Positions 30,999 to 42,028 of a stretch of DNA of 64,000 nucleotides are shown here, piece by piece. The notes beneath the pieces were generated by a model. The model saw only the letters and a list, made by a program, of their open reading frames with translations, made no database searches and was not told where the DNA came from. A program made the translations under genes and the position numbers. Origin of the DNA: Alphaproteobacteria bacterium (GTDB lineage Bacteria > Pseudomonadota > Alphaproteobacteria > CAAHEQ01 > UBA3637); assembly GCA_045632845.1 (NCBI GenBank), contig JAZQXL010000020.1, positions 99,386 to 163,385 on the forward strand. Reading direction: 5' to 3'. Numbering within the stretch: position 1 is the first letter of the stretch; each line of letters starts with the position of its first letter.

Positions 30999-31853
30999 TA
31001 CATGCAAAAAACAATTCCCATTATTGTCGGTCCCACAGCAAGTGGAAAATCAGCATTTTCTTTAAAATTAGCTCAACAAATAAATGGCGAAATTATCAAC
31101 GCCGATTCTTTGCAAGTTTATAAAGATATTTTGATTCTCTCTGCAAGACCAAGTGTGCAAGAGCAAAGAGGTATTCCACACCATTTGTATGGGTATTTAG
31201 ATGCTTATACAACACCATCGGTTGCTTCTTGGTTAGAAGATGTTAAATCAACACTTCAAACAATTAAAACACCTTTATTTGTGGGTGGGACTGGCATGTA
31301 CATCAAAGCATTAACAGAGGGGATATCCCCTATTCCTGAGGTTGATGAAAACATCAGAGAACTTGTTCGACAAATGCCACTTGAAGAGGTAAAATCTAAA
31401 GTTATTAATTGCAAAGCAATTGACCCTCAACGTTTGAGACGAGCACTTGAAGTTCAACTCACCACAGGAAAACCACTTCAATATTTTCAAGAACTTCCTA
31501 AAACAAAAATAATTGATAAAGATTTTGAAATTTATTTTTTAAACCCAGATCGTGCTTGGTTATATGAGAGATGCGATCAACGTTTTATTCAAATGCTGCA
31601 ACAAGGCGCTATTGAGGAAGTTAAACATTTAAAAAAAATCAACGCAACAGGTGGTATCACAAAAGCAATTGGAATCAAACAAATATCTCAATGGCTCGAT
31701 GGTGAAATTTCAAATGAAGAAATGATTTTAAAAGCAACACAAGCAACAAGACATTACGCAAAACGCCAAGTTACTTGGTTTAAAAATCAATTTCCCAAGG
31801 CTATTTCTTTTAAACCAAATGAAATTGATGAGGTTTTAAAAACAATTTTTTAA
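30999..31853 (+). CDS. miaA: tRNA dimethylallyltransferase
   Basis: MQKTIPIIVGPTASGKSAFSLKLAQQINGEIINADSLQVYKDI (P-loop plus MiaA signature). Start at internal Met. Confidence 0.9.
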   Translation, partial: YMQKTIPIIVGPTASGKSAFSLKLAQQINGEIINADSLQVYKDILILSARPSVQEQRGIPHHLYGYLDAYTTPSVASWLEDVKSTLQTIKTPLFVGGTGMYIKALTEGISPIPEVDENIRELVRQMPLEEVKSKVINCKAIDPQRLRRALEVQLTTGKPLQYFQELPKTKIIDKDFEIYFLNPDRAWLYERCDQRFIQMLQQGAIEEVKHLKKINATGGITKAIGIKQISQWLDGEISNEEMILKATQATRHYAKRQVTWFKNQFPKAISFKPNEIDEVLKTIF

Positions 31854-32021
31854 GCATACACAATATCCTCGGTCTATTTTTTCTTTTAAAACTATTGAAT
31901 CACTTTTAACATTGGAAAAACAACTAAGTACAAACATTTAATCCCACTTATTTTTTCTTGATTTTGACTTAAAAGCATATTATACTTTTTTTAAATTGGC
32001 TGTTTGTTTAAAGGAGAAAAC

Positions 32022-33635
32022 ATGTTTATATCTCAAAATAATTTATCCACACAAGACGATCTTATTTTAAACATTGATAAGCCAGTTAAACAGCCTTGGT
32101 GGGATAAAAAGGGATTTATTGCCGCAGCTATTTTCAGCGCTGTATGGCTTGCATTTATTTGGGATTATTTATTTTCTTCTGGTTGGTGGAGCACAAGACA
32201 TGAACTCTCCCCAGCTGAATTTATTGGCGGATTATGCGGATTATTTATCCCTATAGTCATTGCCGTTTTAATCAGCTCTTATTTTGATAGAGCCAATCAA
32301 TTAAACTACGAGGCTCAAACTTTACGTTCGTATTTAGGAGAACTTGTCTATCCAACAAATAGCGGTGCAACCTATACAAAATCAATAACAAATGCGTTAA
32401 GAGAGCAAGTTCAAGAATTCAAAAAAGTTTATACCAACACAGCAAGGCAAACGCAAGAATTGGGAGCACAACTCCACCAGTGGTCTGACGAGGTTGCTCA
32501 ACAGATTCATCAATTAAACATCAACACATCAAACAGTATTCGAGAACTTTCTAGCAGTATTGAAAGGTTGAATGCGCATACTGTTAAAGCAGGAAAACAA
32601 GTTTCTCAAAGTGCAACTTCTTTTAATGAAAAACTTGTGTTATTGCAAAGAATTACAAATGAATCAAGTGCATCTTTTAATCCAATTATATCAGAACTTC
32701 AAACTGTTGCGAATGAATTAAAAAAGATTGAATCATCACTCAAAGAATCTGATTTGGCCGCTAAAAATATTTTAGAAGGCACACAAAATTCAACTGAAAA
32801 GATTGAAACAAATCTCAACAATATCAAAGAAATTATTTCTGCTTATGAACAAACTTCAAATAAAAAAGAGGAACTGTTAGAAAGCAGATTAAAACAAGCA
32901 AAAGCTGTTTTAAACATTCAAAATGAAGCTATCGAAAAATCTGACAAGTTCTTAAAAGAGCATGAAGATATTATCTTAAAAGCACAAACATCTATCCGCA
33001 GCCACAACACAGCCCTTATGCAGGCAGAAACACATGTTAAAAACCACCAAGAAACATTGGATAAAACCCTAACCTCTTCCCTTCAAAAAATAAAAGAAAT
33101 CGATTCTTCTTTAATTGAAAACTGTGATAAAACAACAAAAGCAATCAATGAAGCTATTGAAAAATTAAAAACAGCTCACAACGACTTAAAAGAAAGTGCA
33201 GATTCGGCTCCATTATTTAAAAATTTAGAAACAAATGCAGTAGATACACCAACTAAAAAACCTGTTGATTTCTTGCAAAATGCTTCAGCTATTTTGGATA
33301 AACTTCAAATGTTTTCTATCGATATGGCTCATATATTCACACCAAAATCAGAATCAACATTGTGGAAAAAATACTATGATGGGGATAAAACTGTATTTAT
33401 GCGCCACATTACACGTATGATTTCAGAAACACAGCACAAACAAATCAAAGAATTATACAAAGAAAATGCTGAGTTTAATCAAGCCATCAACAGATATATG
33501 ACTGAATTTGAAGATATGACTCAAGCTGTTCAAAAAGAAGACGAAAATAAACTTTTGATGAGCATTTTGATTGGCTCTGATATTGGACGCTTATATATGG
33601 TTCTTGCTGACGTGTTAAAAAGACAAGATTCTTAA
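32022..33635 (+). CDS. Hypothetical membrane-anchored coiled-coil protein
   Basis: Two N-terminal TM segments (FIAAAIFSAVWLAFIW, FIGGLCGLFIPIVIAVLI). ~400 aa of predicted coiled coil. RBS aaaggagaaaac before the ATG at 32022. Confidence 0.6.
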   Translation: MFISQNNLSTQDDLILNIDKPVKQPWWDKKGFIAAAIFSAVWLAFIWDYLFSSGWWSTRHELSPAEFIGGLCGLFIPIVIAVLISSYFDRANQLNYEAQTLRSYLGELVYPTNSGATYTKSITNALREQVQEFKKVYTNTARQTQELGAQLHQWSDEVAQQIHQLNINTSNSIRELSSSIERLNAHTVKAGKQVSQSATSFNEKLVLLQRITNESSASFNPIISELQTVANELKKIESSLKESDLAAKNILEGTQNSTEKIETNLNNIKEIISAYEQTSNKKEELLESRLKQAKAVLNIQNEAIEKSDKFLKEHEDIILKAQTSIRSHNTALMQAETHVKNHQETLDKTLTSSLQKIKEIDSSLIENCDKTTKAINEAIEKLKTAHNDLKESADSAPLFKNLETNAVDTPTKKPVDFLQNASAILDKLQMFSIDMAHIFTPKSESTLWKKYYDGDKTVFMRHITRMISETQHKQIKELYKENAEFNQAINRYMTEFEDMTQAVQKEDENKLLMSILIGSDIGRLYMVLADVLKRQDS

Positions 33636-35032
33636 AAATCTATTGGCAAATACACACTAAAGGTTGTACCTTTTTTAACAGAACTTTGTACTTCAATCAC
33701 ACCTTCATGATCATTCACAATTTGTTGTGCAATACCAAGTCCCAAACCCGTTCCTTCTACCGCCCTGCTTTTTAAATTATCTACACGATAAAAACGTTCA
33801 AATAAACGAGAAATATTTTGTGGCGCAATAGGTGTCCCTGTATTATGAATACTGACCATAACAACCTGTCTGATATCACTAAAATATTTGTCCGATTTTT
33901 TAGGAAACCCAGAGCATAATTGAGCTTTAACCGTGATTACAGAATCATCTGCACCATATTTGATAGCATTATCAATTAAATTTTGAAAAACATGCACCAA
34001 ATCATTTTTATTACCTATCAATCTAGGGATATCATGCAACAACTTTAATTCGATTTTTTTATGAGAATTCAAAGCCTTGTTCTCAAGAGAATTAATCACA
34101 CTTTGCAACAAATCAACAATCAAAATAACATCAGTACGCTTTTCTTTTTGTGTCACTTGAACTTTAGAAAGAAGCAACAAATCCTGAACCAAATTTGTCA
34201 TTCTTGATGTTTGCTCGGCCATTAAATTCAAAAACTTTTCACGAGCAACTTCATCATCTTTTGCAGCTCCTTGCAATGTTTCAATAAAACCTGAAAGAAC
34301 TGATAAAGGTGTTTTTAATTCATGACTTGCATTGGCAAAAAAATCAGACTGCTGCTGTTTAAACAACTTTAACTGTGTAACATCATGCATAGCCATAACC
34401 ATAACACCACCATTTTTTGAAACAGCGGGCAACCGTTCTAACCGAACTTGAAATGAATAAAAACTTTCATCTTCAAAATCCCACTCAAACCATTCTTGAC
34501 GGCTTTTTTTATTAGATAATTGATCGAAAGCATTTTGAAAATCTTGAGCATTAAAGACATCAAACATAGAGAGATGCAAAATATCTTCACCAAAAAAATT
34601 TCGCCCCATTTTATTTACAAAAACAAGAAAACCATCCTCATTTATCAAAAACAAAGGATCTGGTAAATTTTCCAAAATCCGATCGGCAGAAATAGTTTGA
34701 TTAGACCACCTATGTTTCACAGACAAAAATGCATCTGCCAACCGAAAAGATCCAAAAATACCTTTATGCACATGAGGCAAATCAACATCACGTCCTTGAG
34801 ACAAATCTTTCAAATATGAAATAAATTGTTCTTGCTCATGAAACACATAAATCGTCCAAAACACTGTTAACACAAAAAAAACAAACAAAAAGCAAAGAGC
34901 TGTTAAAAAATTAACTTTTCCCAAAAACAATAGACAAATCAAAGCAATAACAATAGGTATATTTAAAACAAATATCCGTGCTAGGAAACGAAACAAATAA
35001 AACGGTGTTTTTTTAACTTTTCTTTTTATCAT
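33632..35032 (-). CDS. Sensor histidine kinase (TM + PAS + HisKA + HATPase), PhoR-like
   Basis: H-box [20 protein letters not shown]1 and G2 boxes (LIDNAIKYG..., [10 protein letters not shown]). PAS-like region. Two N-terminal TM helices. Start at MIKRKVKK. Confidence 0.8.
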   Translation of the reverse strand: MIKRKVKKTPFYLFRFLARIFVLNIPIVIALICLLFLGKVNFLTALCFLFVFFVLTVFWTIYVFHEQEQFISYLKDLSQGRDVDLPHVHKGIFGSFRLADAFLSVKHRWSNQTISADRILENLPDPLFLINEDGFLVFVNKMGRNFFGEDILHLSMFDVFNAQDFQNAFDQLSNKKSRQEWFEWDFEDESFYSFQVRLERLPAVSKNGGVMVMAMHDVTQLKLFKQQQSDFFANASHELKTPLSVLSGFIETLQGAAKDDEVAREKFLNLMAEQTSRMTNLVQDLLLLSKVQVTQKEKRTDVILIVDLLQSVINSLENKALNSHKKIELKLLHDIPRLIGNKNDLVHVFQNLIDNAIKYGADDSVITVKAQLCSGFPKKSDKYFSDIRQVVMVSIHNTGTPIAPQNISRLFERFYRVDNLKSRAVEGTGLGLGIAQQIVNDHEGVIEVQSSVKKGTTFSVYLPIDF

Positions 35033-35074
35033 ACATCCATTATAATAGATTACCAAAGAAAAGGAAAGAATAAA

Positions 35075-37696
35075 ATGAAACAACATAAACAAACGCCGAT
35101 GATGGCGCAATATACAGAAATTAAAAACCAATATCCTGATTGCTTATTATTTTATCGTCTTGGCGATTTTTATGAATTGTTTTATGAGGATGCAAAAATA
35201 GCATCACGCGTTCTTGGTCTTGTTTTAACCTCACGCGGCAAATCCGAAGGAACACAAAATGTTCCAATGTGCGGTATTCCTTTTCACGCCTATCAAAACT
35301 ATCTCACAAGACTTGTTAAAGATGGTTTTAAAGTTGCTATATGCGAACAAGTTGAAGACCCTGCTGAAGCAAAAAAACGTGGTTCTACCGCTATTGTAAA
35401 AAGAGATGTTGTTCGCATTGTTACCGCAGGTACCTTAGTCGAAGATGAACTTTTAGAAGCTAAAAAGAATAATTTTTTGCTCACTGTTGTCCCTGGGTTT
35501 AATGATTTTGCAATTGCATGGGCCGATGTTTCAACTGGTGTATTTTTCACTCAAACATGTTCCGAAGAAGATATTTTTTCTGTCATTATGAGACTTGCCC
35601 CTGCTGAAATTTTATTGCCCGAAAACTTCATTGAGCTTCATCCAACCGCTATTAAGGAAAAAGATGAGCGCTACACATTTTGGAAAACAGAAAATTTTTC
35701 ATACTTAAAGGGTAAAGATGAATTAGACGCCTTTTTTAACAAACAAAACACTGATGGATTTGAGCGTCATGAAATAACAGCATGTGGGGCTTTATTAGCC
35801 TATATCTTACACACTCAAAAAGAAACAAAACCAGCCTTAAGATTCCCTATCAAAACACACTCGCACAAGTTTATGGAAATTGATGCCTCAACAAGATCTA
35901 GTCTTGAATTAACGACATCTTTAGGCAACAACAAAAATGAAACAAGTGTATTAAAAACCATTGATGAAACAAAAACAGCAATGGGGGCTAGGTTATTAAA
36001 TACACAGTTATCCACACCACTTTTAGATATAACTGAAATCAACAACCGTTTAGATAAAATTGATTTTTTCAGCCAAAATCCATTGATAAGGGATAAAGTT
36101 AGAGATGTTTTAAAAACAATACCAGATATTGAACGCGCTTTATCACGTATTTTAATTGGAAATAGCAACCCAAAAGAAATTTTATCCACAGCTCTTGGAC
36201 TTGAAAAACTACCTCTTCTTCGTGAAATTATCTCAAACAATCTTGTTCCTCCATCACTTCAAAAAGATCTTCAAATTATGGGAGAATATTCTGGGCTTGT
36301 AAAAGAAATTACAAGAGCAATTAATCCTGAAGCAAAAAATCAATTAGCTAGAAGCGGTGGTTTCATCCGTATGGGATATTCCGCTCAACTAGATGAGTTA
36401 GTTTTGTTGAAAGAAAATATCAAATATACCTTGCTTGAACTGCAAAAAAAATATTCTGAACAAACAGGTATTTCAAATATCAAAATCGCATTTAACAACT
36501 TGGTTGGATACTACATTGAAGTACCATCAAAATCAGCAGACCCCCTTTTAACAGATAAATCACAAGGATTTATCCACAAGCAAACAATGCTTAATGTGGT
36601 ACGTTTTACAACTGAAGAATTAATTGCACTTGAACATAAGATTATGAATGCAAATGAATTAGCAATTGAAATGGAAGTTGCTATATTCAATCAGTTTGTT
36701 GAACAAATAAGAAGCCTTAATGATTCCATCGTTATGACTTGTATTGCTCTTAGCAATATTGACGTTGCCACAGCCCTTTCCTATTATGCAGAAATCAATC
36801 ATTGGACTCGTCCAATTTTAACAGATGATAACTCTTTTGAAATCAAAGCTGGAAGACATCCTGTTGTTGAAAAATCACTTGCAAAAAACAGTGTTTCTTT
36901 TATTCCCAACAACTGTTCAATGTCTATCGATGCAAGCTTACTTTGGATTATAACAGGTCCCAATATGGCTGGTAAAAGTACCTTTTTACGACAAAATGCC
37001 GTTATTGCAATTTTGGCACAAATGGGATCTTTTGTTCCTGCTGAATATGCAAAAATCGGCATTATTGACAAACTTTATTCTCGTGTTGGGGCAAGTGATG
37101 ATTTAGCTAGAGGTAGATCAACATTTATGGTTGAAATGGTTGAAGTTGCAGCCATTTTGAACAATGCAACAGAAAAATCTCTTGTTATTTTAGATGAAGT
37201 TGGTCGTGGAACCGCAACCTATGATGGCCTTTCTATTGCTTGGTCAGTGATTGAATATTTGCATGACGTGAATAGATGTAGAGCTCTTTTTGCCACACAT
37301 TACCACGAATTAACAGCCCTTGCTAATCGGATGGATAAAATTGATCTTTACACAATGCGTATTAAAGAATGGAAGGGCGACATTGTCTTTTTGCATGAAA
37401 TATGCCAAGGGGCCACAGATAGATCCTATGGTATTCATGTTGGAAAATTAGCTGGATTACCTTCAAGTGTCTTAACAAGAGCTGAAGAAATACTTGAGCA
37501 ATTGGAAGAAAAAAAACAAGATCAAAAACCATTATTTGACGATTTGCCCTTGTTTTCACAATGTTTAAAAACAATATCAAAAGAAAAAGAATCTCCTGCC
37601 CTTGAAGCTTTAAAAAAGCTAGATGTTGATTCTTTATCACCACGTGATGCTTTGGATTATATGTATAAATTAAAAAGTATGTTGGAGGAAAAATGA
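35075..37696 (+). CDS. mutS: DNA mismatch repair protein MutS
   Basis: [30 protein letters not shown] (mismatch-binding domain) and Walker [14 protein letters not shown]. 873 aa. Confidence 0.95.
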   Translation: MKQHKQTPMMAQYTEIKNQYPDCLLFYRLGDFYELFYEDAKIASRVLGLVLTSRGKSEGTQNVPMCGIPFHAYQNYLTRLVKDGFKVAICEQVEDPAEAKKRGSTAIVKRDVVRIVTAGTLVEDELLEAKKNNFLLTVVPGFNDFAIAWADVSTGVFFTQTCSEEDIFSVIMRLAPAEILLPENFIELHPTAIKEKDERYTFWKTENFSYLKGKDELDAFFNKQNTDGFERHEITACGALLAYILHTQKETKPALRFPIKTHSHKFMEIDASTRSSLELTTSLGNNKNETSVLKTIDETKTAMGARLLNTQLSTPLLDITEINNRLDKIDFFSQNPLIRDKVRDVLKTIPDIERALSRILIGNSNPKEILSTALGLEKLPLLREIISNNLVPPSLQKDLQIMGEYSGLVKEITRAINPEAKNQLARSGGFIRMGYSAQLDELVLLKENIKYTLLELQKKYSEQTGISNIKIAFNNLVGYYIEVPSKSADPLLTDKSQGFIHKQTMLNVVRFTTEELIALEHKIMNANELAIEMEVAIFNQFVEQIRSLNDSIVMTCIALSNIDVATALSYYAEINHWTRPILTDDNSFEIKAGRHPVVEKSLAKNSVSFIPNNCSMSIDASLLWIITGPNMAGKSTFLRQNAVIAILAQMGSFVPAEYAKIGIIDKLYSRVGASDDLARGRSTFMVEMVEVAAILNNATEKSLVILDEVGRGTATYDGLSIAWSVIEYLHDVNRCRALFATHYHELTALANRMDKIDLYTMRIKEWKGDIVFLHEICQGATDRSYGIHVGKLAGLPSSVLTRAEEILEQLEEKKQDQKPLFDDLPLFSQCLKTISKEKESPALEALKKLDVDSLSPRDALDYMYKLKSMLEEK

Positions 37697-37968
37697 TACC
37701 TTTTTATCAAATTATGGCCACACTCTTATTTTCAGGCATAAACTTTCTTATTTTTCTGCTTTTCATAGGGTTTGTAATCTTTTTTATTTATATTGCAGCA
37801 TATATTGCATTACCTATTCTTTTAATTTTGTTCATCTTGTATTTGTTTGGCCAAATTACACGTATTGCGAACATTAAAATTACACCTAAAATTTTCACAA
37901 AACAAAGAGAAACAAAAAGAAAAAATGATGACAATATCATTGATGTTGATTACACAGAAATAAAATAA
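37693..37968 (+). CDS. Small two-TM membrane protein, translationally coupled to mutS
   Basis: ATG overlaps the mutS stop (ATGA). Two hydrophobic helices, basic/acidic C-tail. 91 aa. Confidence 0.45.
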   Translation: MIPFYQIMATLLFSGINFLIFLLFIGFVIFFIYIAAYIALPILLILFILYLFGQITRIANIKITPKIFTKQRETKRKNDDNIIDVDYTEIK

Positions 37969-37972
37969 AAAA

Positions 37973-38344
37973 TTATTTTTTAACTATGCCAATAGGCATT
38001 AAGTCAAAAAACTCTAAAGCATCTTTAAATTGGTTTTTTAAAATCAATCCATAAAGATGCTTAAATACTAAATAAACTTCTTCAAAAGAGGCGTTTTTAT
38101 CCTCTTTATTAAAAGTAAAATTAGGTGTTTCATAAATACTATCAAAAAAGACTTCTTGTATAGCAACCTCATATGATTCTGTGATTATATCTCGATAAAT
38201 GTTACTTTCAGCATTAAATATATTACGGTTTTTATACAATAAAACAAAATCTTCTAAAAACTCTTGAAACTCATCTTTTGAAAGAAATTGTTTGAAAAAA
38301 TACATATTTTGAATTGCATATTCAATTTTATTTATATTATTCAT
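37973..38344 (-). CDS. Hypothetical acidic cytoplasmic protein
   Basis: 123-aa ORF, no motifs. Same strand as virB3/virB4. Confidence 0.45.
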   Translation of the reverse strand: MNNINKIEYAIQNMYFFKQFLSKDEFQEFLEDFVLLYKNRNIFNAESNIYRDIITESYEVAIQEVFFDSIYETPNFTFNKEDKNASFEEVYLVFKHLYGLILKNQFKDALEFFDLMPIGIVKK

Positions 38345-38505
38345 ACACCCTCTCTTTTTTATCTGTTATTACGAAATAAAGAACTCATCTTATAGTTCAA
38401 ATATTTTATATTTTTTCAATAATTCTTTCGTTTATATCAAAAAAGCTATATTGAAAAAAACATTTAAAACATTATTTAAATACTGCTAAAAAAAAGGAGA
38501 AACCC

Positions 38506-38715
38506 ATGCAAATACTTATTAAAATTTTAGCAATTGTATGTTTGATAGGAGCTCTCAATTGGGGATTGGTTGGATTTTTTGGATTTGATTTAATTGCCGC
38601 TCTTTTTGGACCAATGACTCTTATTTCAAGACTTATCTATTCTCTTGTTGGAATCAGTGCAGTCTTGCTTGTTGTTCTCTCTATCAAGCAATATAAACAG
38701 CTTAGCATTGATTAA
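38506..38715 (+). CDS. DUF378-like small membrane protein
   Basis: LIGALNWGLVGFFGFDLIAALFG (conserved NWGL motif of DUF378). RBS aaaaggagaaac upstream. 69 aa. Confidence 0.6.
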   Translation: MQILIKILAIVCLIGALNWGLVGFFGFDLIAALFGPMTLISRLIYSLVGISAVLLVVLSIKQYKQLSID

Positions 38716-38770
38716 AACAAATAAAGCCTGATTAGTATCCCCATCTACAAAGATACCTCTCAGGCTTTAT

Positions 38771-41215
38771 TTATGCTTGTTCTAGATATGCTTGAACCAA
38801 TGCATCTGTATCTTGAACCTGTTTAGCCAATCTTTCAGCCAAAATAACACTTTTGTTACCAGAAGAGTAAATTTTTAACAAAGGCCCTAAACCACTTAAA
38901 TCAACATCTAAAATAACAGATTCGTGAATTGCAGGACGAGAAACCAAAATAGCATACTTTCTATCTGCAAACTCTTTTCCCAAAATAAAGTTCATTTCTC
39001 TTGGCGTTAAATTCCATGTTGCATAGTCTGATGGATTTGCTTGAGGGTTTCTAAAGAAAATAACTGTTTGACATTGACCACGAATAACATCACCCAAACC
39101 ATTATCATCCAAAAACCTTGGTTGTTGGAAAGCACACAAATAAGCTTGTCGTTTTTTACGACCTTCACGAAGACCAACAATAAAACTATCTTTAAACATT
39201 GGATGCTCTAACATTGGAGCAGTTTCGTCAATCATAATCAAACTTGGTGTACCCATAACAGTAGATAACGTTTGAATACGATACATTACATAACTAATAA
39301 CAGCAGGCGCTAAAACACTATCTTGGAAAATAGTTGTAAAGTCAAAAGCCATATATCTGCTAGACAAATCCAAATTATCCGTTAACGAGTTGAAAACACG
39401 ACCATATTGATCATCATTAACCCATCTAAACAATTCTCTTCTCATATAACCATTTGGTGCAAAACAACTTTTATATAAGTTTTTCAACAACCGTTCATCT
39501 GGTCTTAAATATTCAAATGCTGTTGTTACTGCACGCGCAATTTCTTGTTCTGAAATAGCATCTGTACCCCCTGTAATATCACGCATCCATGTTCTTAAAA
39601 AGGCACGTGTATCAGAGGAATCAGGAACAGCAAAAGGATTTAAAGATACAGATTCTTCCCCCCCATCAAATCGAACGTATGGAGCACCTTGCATTAATGC
39701 AAAAACCTTAGCACCATTATTTCTATCAAAGAAATAAGTTCTCAAATCTGGAATACGCATAGATTGCCCTGCAAGGAAGGAGAAAAGCGTTGTTTTACCT
39801 TGTCCAGTTGGACCAATTAATGCGGTATGAGCTACAGCATATTGTTCTTCAGATACGTGAAATTGGAAAGCATATGCCGTTCCTGTAATCGTTCTAAAAT
39901 AAGATAAAGGCATTGGACCCCAATCTGATTTTCTTCGACCTTCAGCTGTTTTATCAATACATACAGCACAAGCAACAACACGTGACAAATATAAGAATGT
40001 TCTTGGATAAATTTCATATGTTGGGAATTGTGCAAAAAATGTTGCTTGAGCAGACCACCCTTCACGAACAGGTGTCACATTGTGCAAACGACAGATTTTT
40101 TCAATCTCTTCTTGCCCGAATTTCAACTCTTCTTTGCTTTCGCCAAAAATAAAGACAGACATTGCATATTCATTTAATGTTTGACCATCAGCATCTGATT
40201 GATCCATCCATTCTAAAGCGGTATTATACTGGGCTTGAACGTTTGTTGAAAACGTTGTTAACCAAGCCATTCTTCGTTGTTGCATCAAGAGCATATTTGC
40301 TTTAATCATAGGGATAGCTTTGATATTGTGAACCAAGGTAACTTCACAATCAATACTGATAATATCAGCAATCATTTGTTCATCCATAAAATCCCCTGGT
40401 TTGCGAATACCAATGCATATACCATATTTAATAATATCGCCTGAAAAGAATTTAATAATCCCTTCATCTTTTGTAAAATGGATATAATCTGCTGTTAATA
40501 AAGCATTTAAAGTATCTCCTTCCTCACCACCAATTCTTGGTTGAGGAACAGATAATGGACTTGCTAATTGTGAAAAAAGCCAAAAAGGACTTTTATCATT
40601 ATGCTTATGAGGTGTTTTTTCTGAAATCAAAACAGGCTCATACACATCCAAAATAGAGGTTAAAGCCAATGTTGCTTGTTGCAAATCATCTAGAGCATTT
40701 TTTCGATCATTAATAGAAATAACAATATAATGTTTATTTCTAAAAACACGTTGCATATTCTCCATCCATTTTGTTGATACTTTTTTGAGAAGCTTGCTAT
40801 CCCTGTGTTCCCCCATATCGTTTAAAGAAATACGCTCACGGATTGTAATTACTCTTGAAACAACCTCTAAAGAAGCCATAGAGTCAATCCATTGTTTTCT
40901 TGCTTGAGCCAAAGCCAACCTTTCTGGCCCTGTTAAAAGAGTTGTATCTGCTCCACGTACCTCAAAAACACGTGCAAGAGAACCATTTTTTAAATGGATC
41001 GTTGCACCATCTGCATCCAACCTACTAAAAGGCAAGAAATCAGAAACCCTTGTTTCTCTAGGTTTTGGTAAAATAATGTCCCCTAATTTTGTCACAAAAA
41101 CAGACATAATAAACATTGCTGCACAAACACCAATTAGTGCAACCAATGTTGAAAAAGAGGATGCCCCCTGTGCTAACAGGTCAAAAATATTCATGTCAAA
41201 ATGGATATCATTCAT
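38771..41215 (-). CDS. virB4: Type IV secretion system ATPase VirB4/TrbE/CagE family (orphan)
   Basis: 814 aa. N-terminal TM helix. Walker A TALIGPTGQGKTTLFSF. Walker B-like SLIMIDETAPML. C-terminal motifs GLREGRKKRQAYLCAFQQP (VirB4 RK/Q motifs). Confidence 0.85.
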   Translation of the reverse strand: MNDIHFDMNIFDLLAQGASSFSTLVALIGVCAAMFIMSVFVTKLGDIILPKPRETRVSDFLPFSRLDADGATIHLKNGSLARVFEVRGADTTLLTGPERLALAQARKQWIDSMASLEVVSRVITIRERISLNDMGEHRDSKLLKKVSTKWMENMQRVFRNKHYIVISINDRKNALDDLQQATLALTSILDVYEPVLISEKTPHKHNDKSPFWLFSQLASPLSVPQPRIGGEEGDTLNALLTADYIHFTKDEGIIKFFSGDIIKYGICIGIRKPGDFMDEQMIADIISIDCEVTLVHNIKAIPMIKANMLLMQQRRMAWLTTFSTNVQAQYNTALEWMDQSDADGQTLNEYAMSVFIFGESKEELKFGQEEIEKICRLHNVTPVREGWSAQATFFAQFPTYEIYPRTFLYLSRVVACAVCIDKTAEGRRKSDWGPMPLSYFRTITGTAYAFQFHVSEEQYAVAHTALIGPTGQGKTTLFSFLAGQSMRIPDLRTYFFDRNNGAKVFALMQGAPYVRFDGGEESVSLNPFAVPDSSDTRAFLRTWMRDITGGTDAISEQEIARAVTTAFEYLRPDERLLKNLYKSCFAPNGYMRRELFRWVNDDQYGRVFNSLTDNLDLSSRYMAFDFTTIFQDSVLAPAVISYVMYRIQTLSTVMGTPSLIMIDETAPMLEHPMFKDSFIVGLREGRKKRQAYLCAFQQPRFLDDNGLGDVIRGQCQTVIFFRNPQANPSDYATWNLTPREMNFILGKEFADRKYAILVSRPAIHESVILDVDLSGLGPLLKIYSSGNKSVILAERLAKQVQDTDALVQAYLEQA

Positions 41216-41227
41216 TTTTGATTTTCC

Positions 41228-41518
41228 TTATGGAGCAAGTTTGTTTCCTTTATCTTTATATACATTTTTTGATGGTGTTGCCATTGGACCAAATGTCAAC
41301 ATCATTTTTGATAAATGAGGTTCGCGAACAGAGTAAGCCGCAATCAATCCATGGGATACAGCAATAGTTCCAATAAAATAAATTGGATTAAGATTAAATG
41401 TTGCTGTACACACACACATAATCCCCATCTGGATTGAAAAATTAACCACAGCAGGATACATTGGCGCCCAAAAGACGCGTGGCGGCATTGCAACAGCTTT
41501 TAAAATCGGCTCTCTCAT
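41228..41518 (-). CDS. virB3: VirB3/TrbD-like small inner-membrane T4SS protein
   Basis: 96 aa, directly upstream of virB4 with a 12-bp gap. AMPPRVFWAPMYPAVVNF motif resembles the VirB3 TRP...G.P...N signature. Two predicted TM helices. Confidence 0.7.
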   Translation of the reverse strand: MREPILKAVAMPPRVFWAPMYPAVVNFSIQMGIMCVCTATFNLNPIYFIGTIAVSHGLIAAYSVREPHLSKMMLTFGPMATPSKNVYKDKGNKLAP

Positions 41519-41735
41519 ATCAACCCCCTATACAACATATACTTCATTTTATTATATTATACAATAAATTAAAAAACTATTAACAAAAAAAATTTCATAA
41601 AAAAAATCGTATCTTTTTTAAAATATGGATTATGAAGCTAAATTTGATATTTTTCTTGACTTTTTAGCAAAAAAAGTGCATTTTAACCGCTGAAAAACCA
41701 TACAAAAAGGTAAACAACAACAAAGAGAGTTAAAA

Positions 41736-42023
41736 ATGAGTTTTAACGAAACAACAATCAAAAATATTGCAAAATTGGCTCGGTTACATTTTCCTGCTGA
41801 GCAAGAAGAAAAATTCACAAAAGATATTAACAGCATTCTAAACTGGGTTGAAGAATTAAAAGAAGTAAACGTTGAAAATGTTGAACCTTTGGTCAGTGTT
41901 TCAATGCAAGAACCTGGATTTAGAAAAGATGAAGTTACAACAGGCGAATTACAAAATGAGCTTATGGCAAACGCTCCAGAATCAGCTCACGGTTTTTATG
42001 TTGTACCAAAAATGGTGGAGTAA
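41736..42023 (+). CDS. gatC: Glutamyl-tRNA(Gln) amidotransferase subunit C
   Basis: [41 protein letters not shown]. Confidence 0.9.
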   Translation: MSFNETTIKNIAKLARLHFPAEQEEKFTKDINSILNWVEELKEVNVENVEPLVSVSMQEPGFRKDEVTTGELQNELMANAPESAHGFYVVPKMVE

Positions 42024-42028
42024 TTTTT

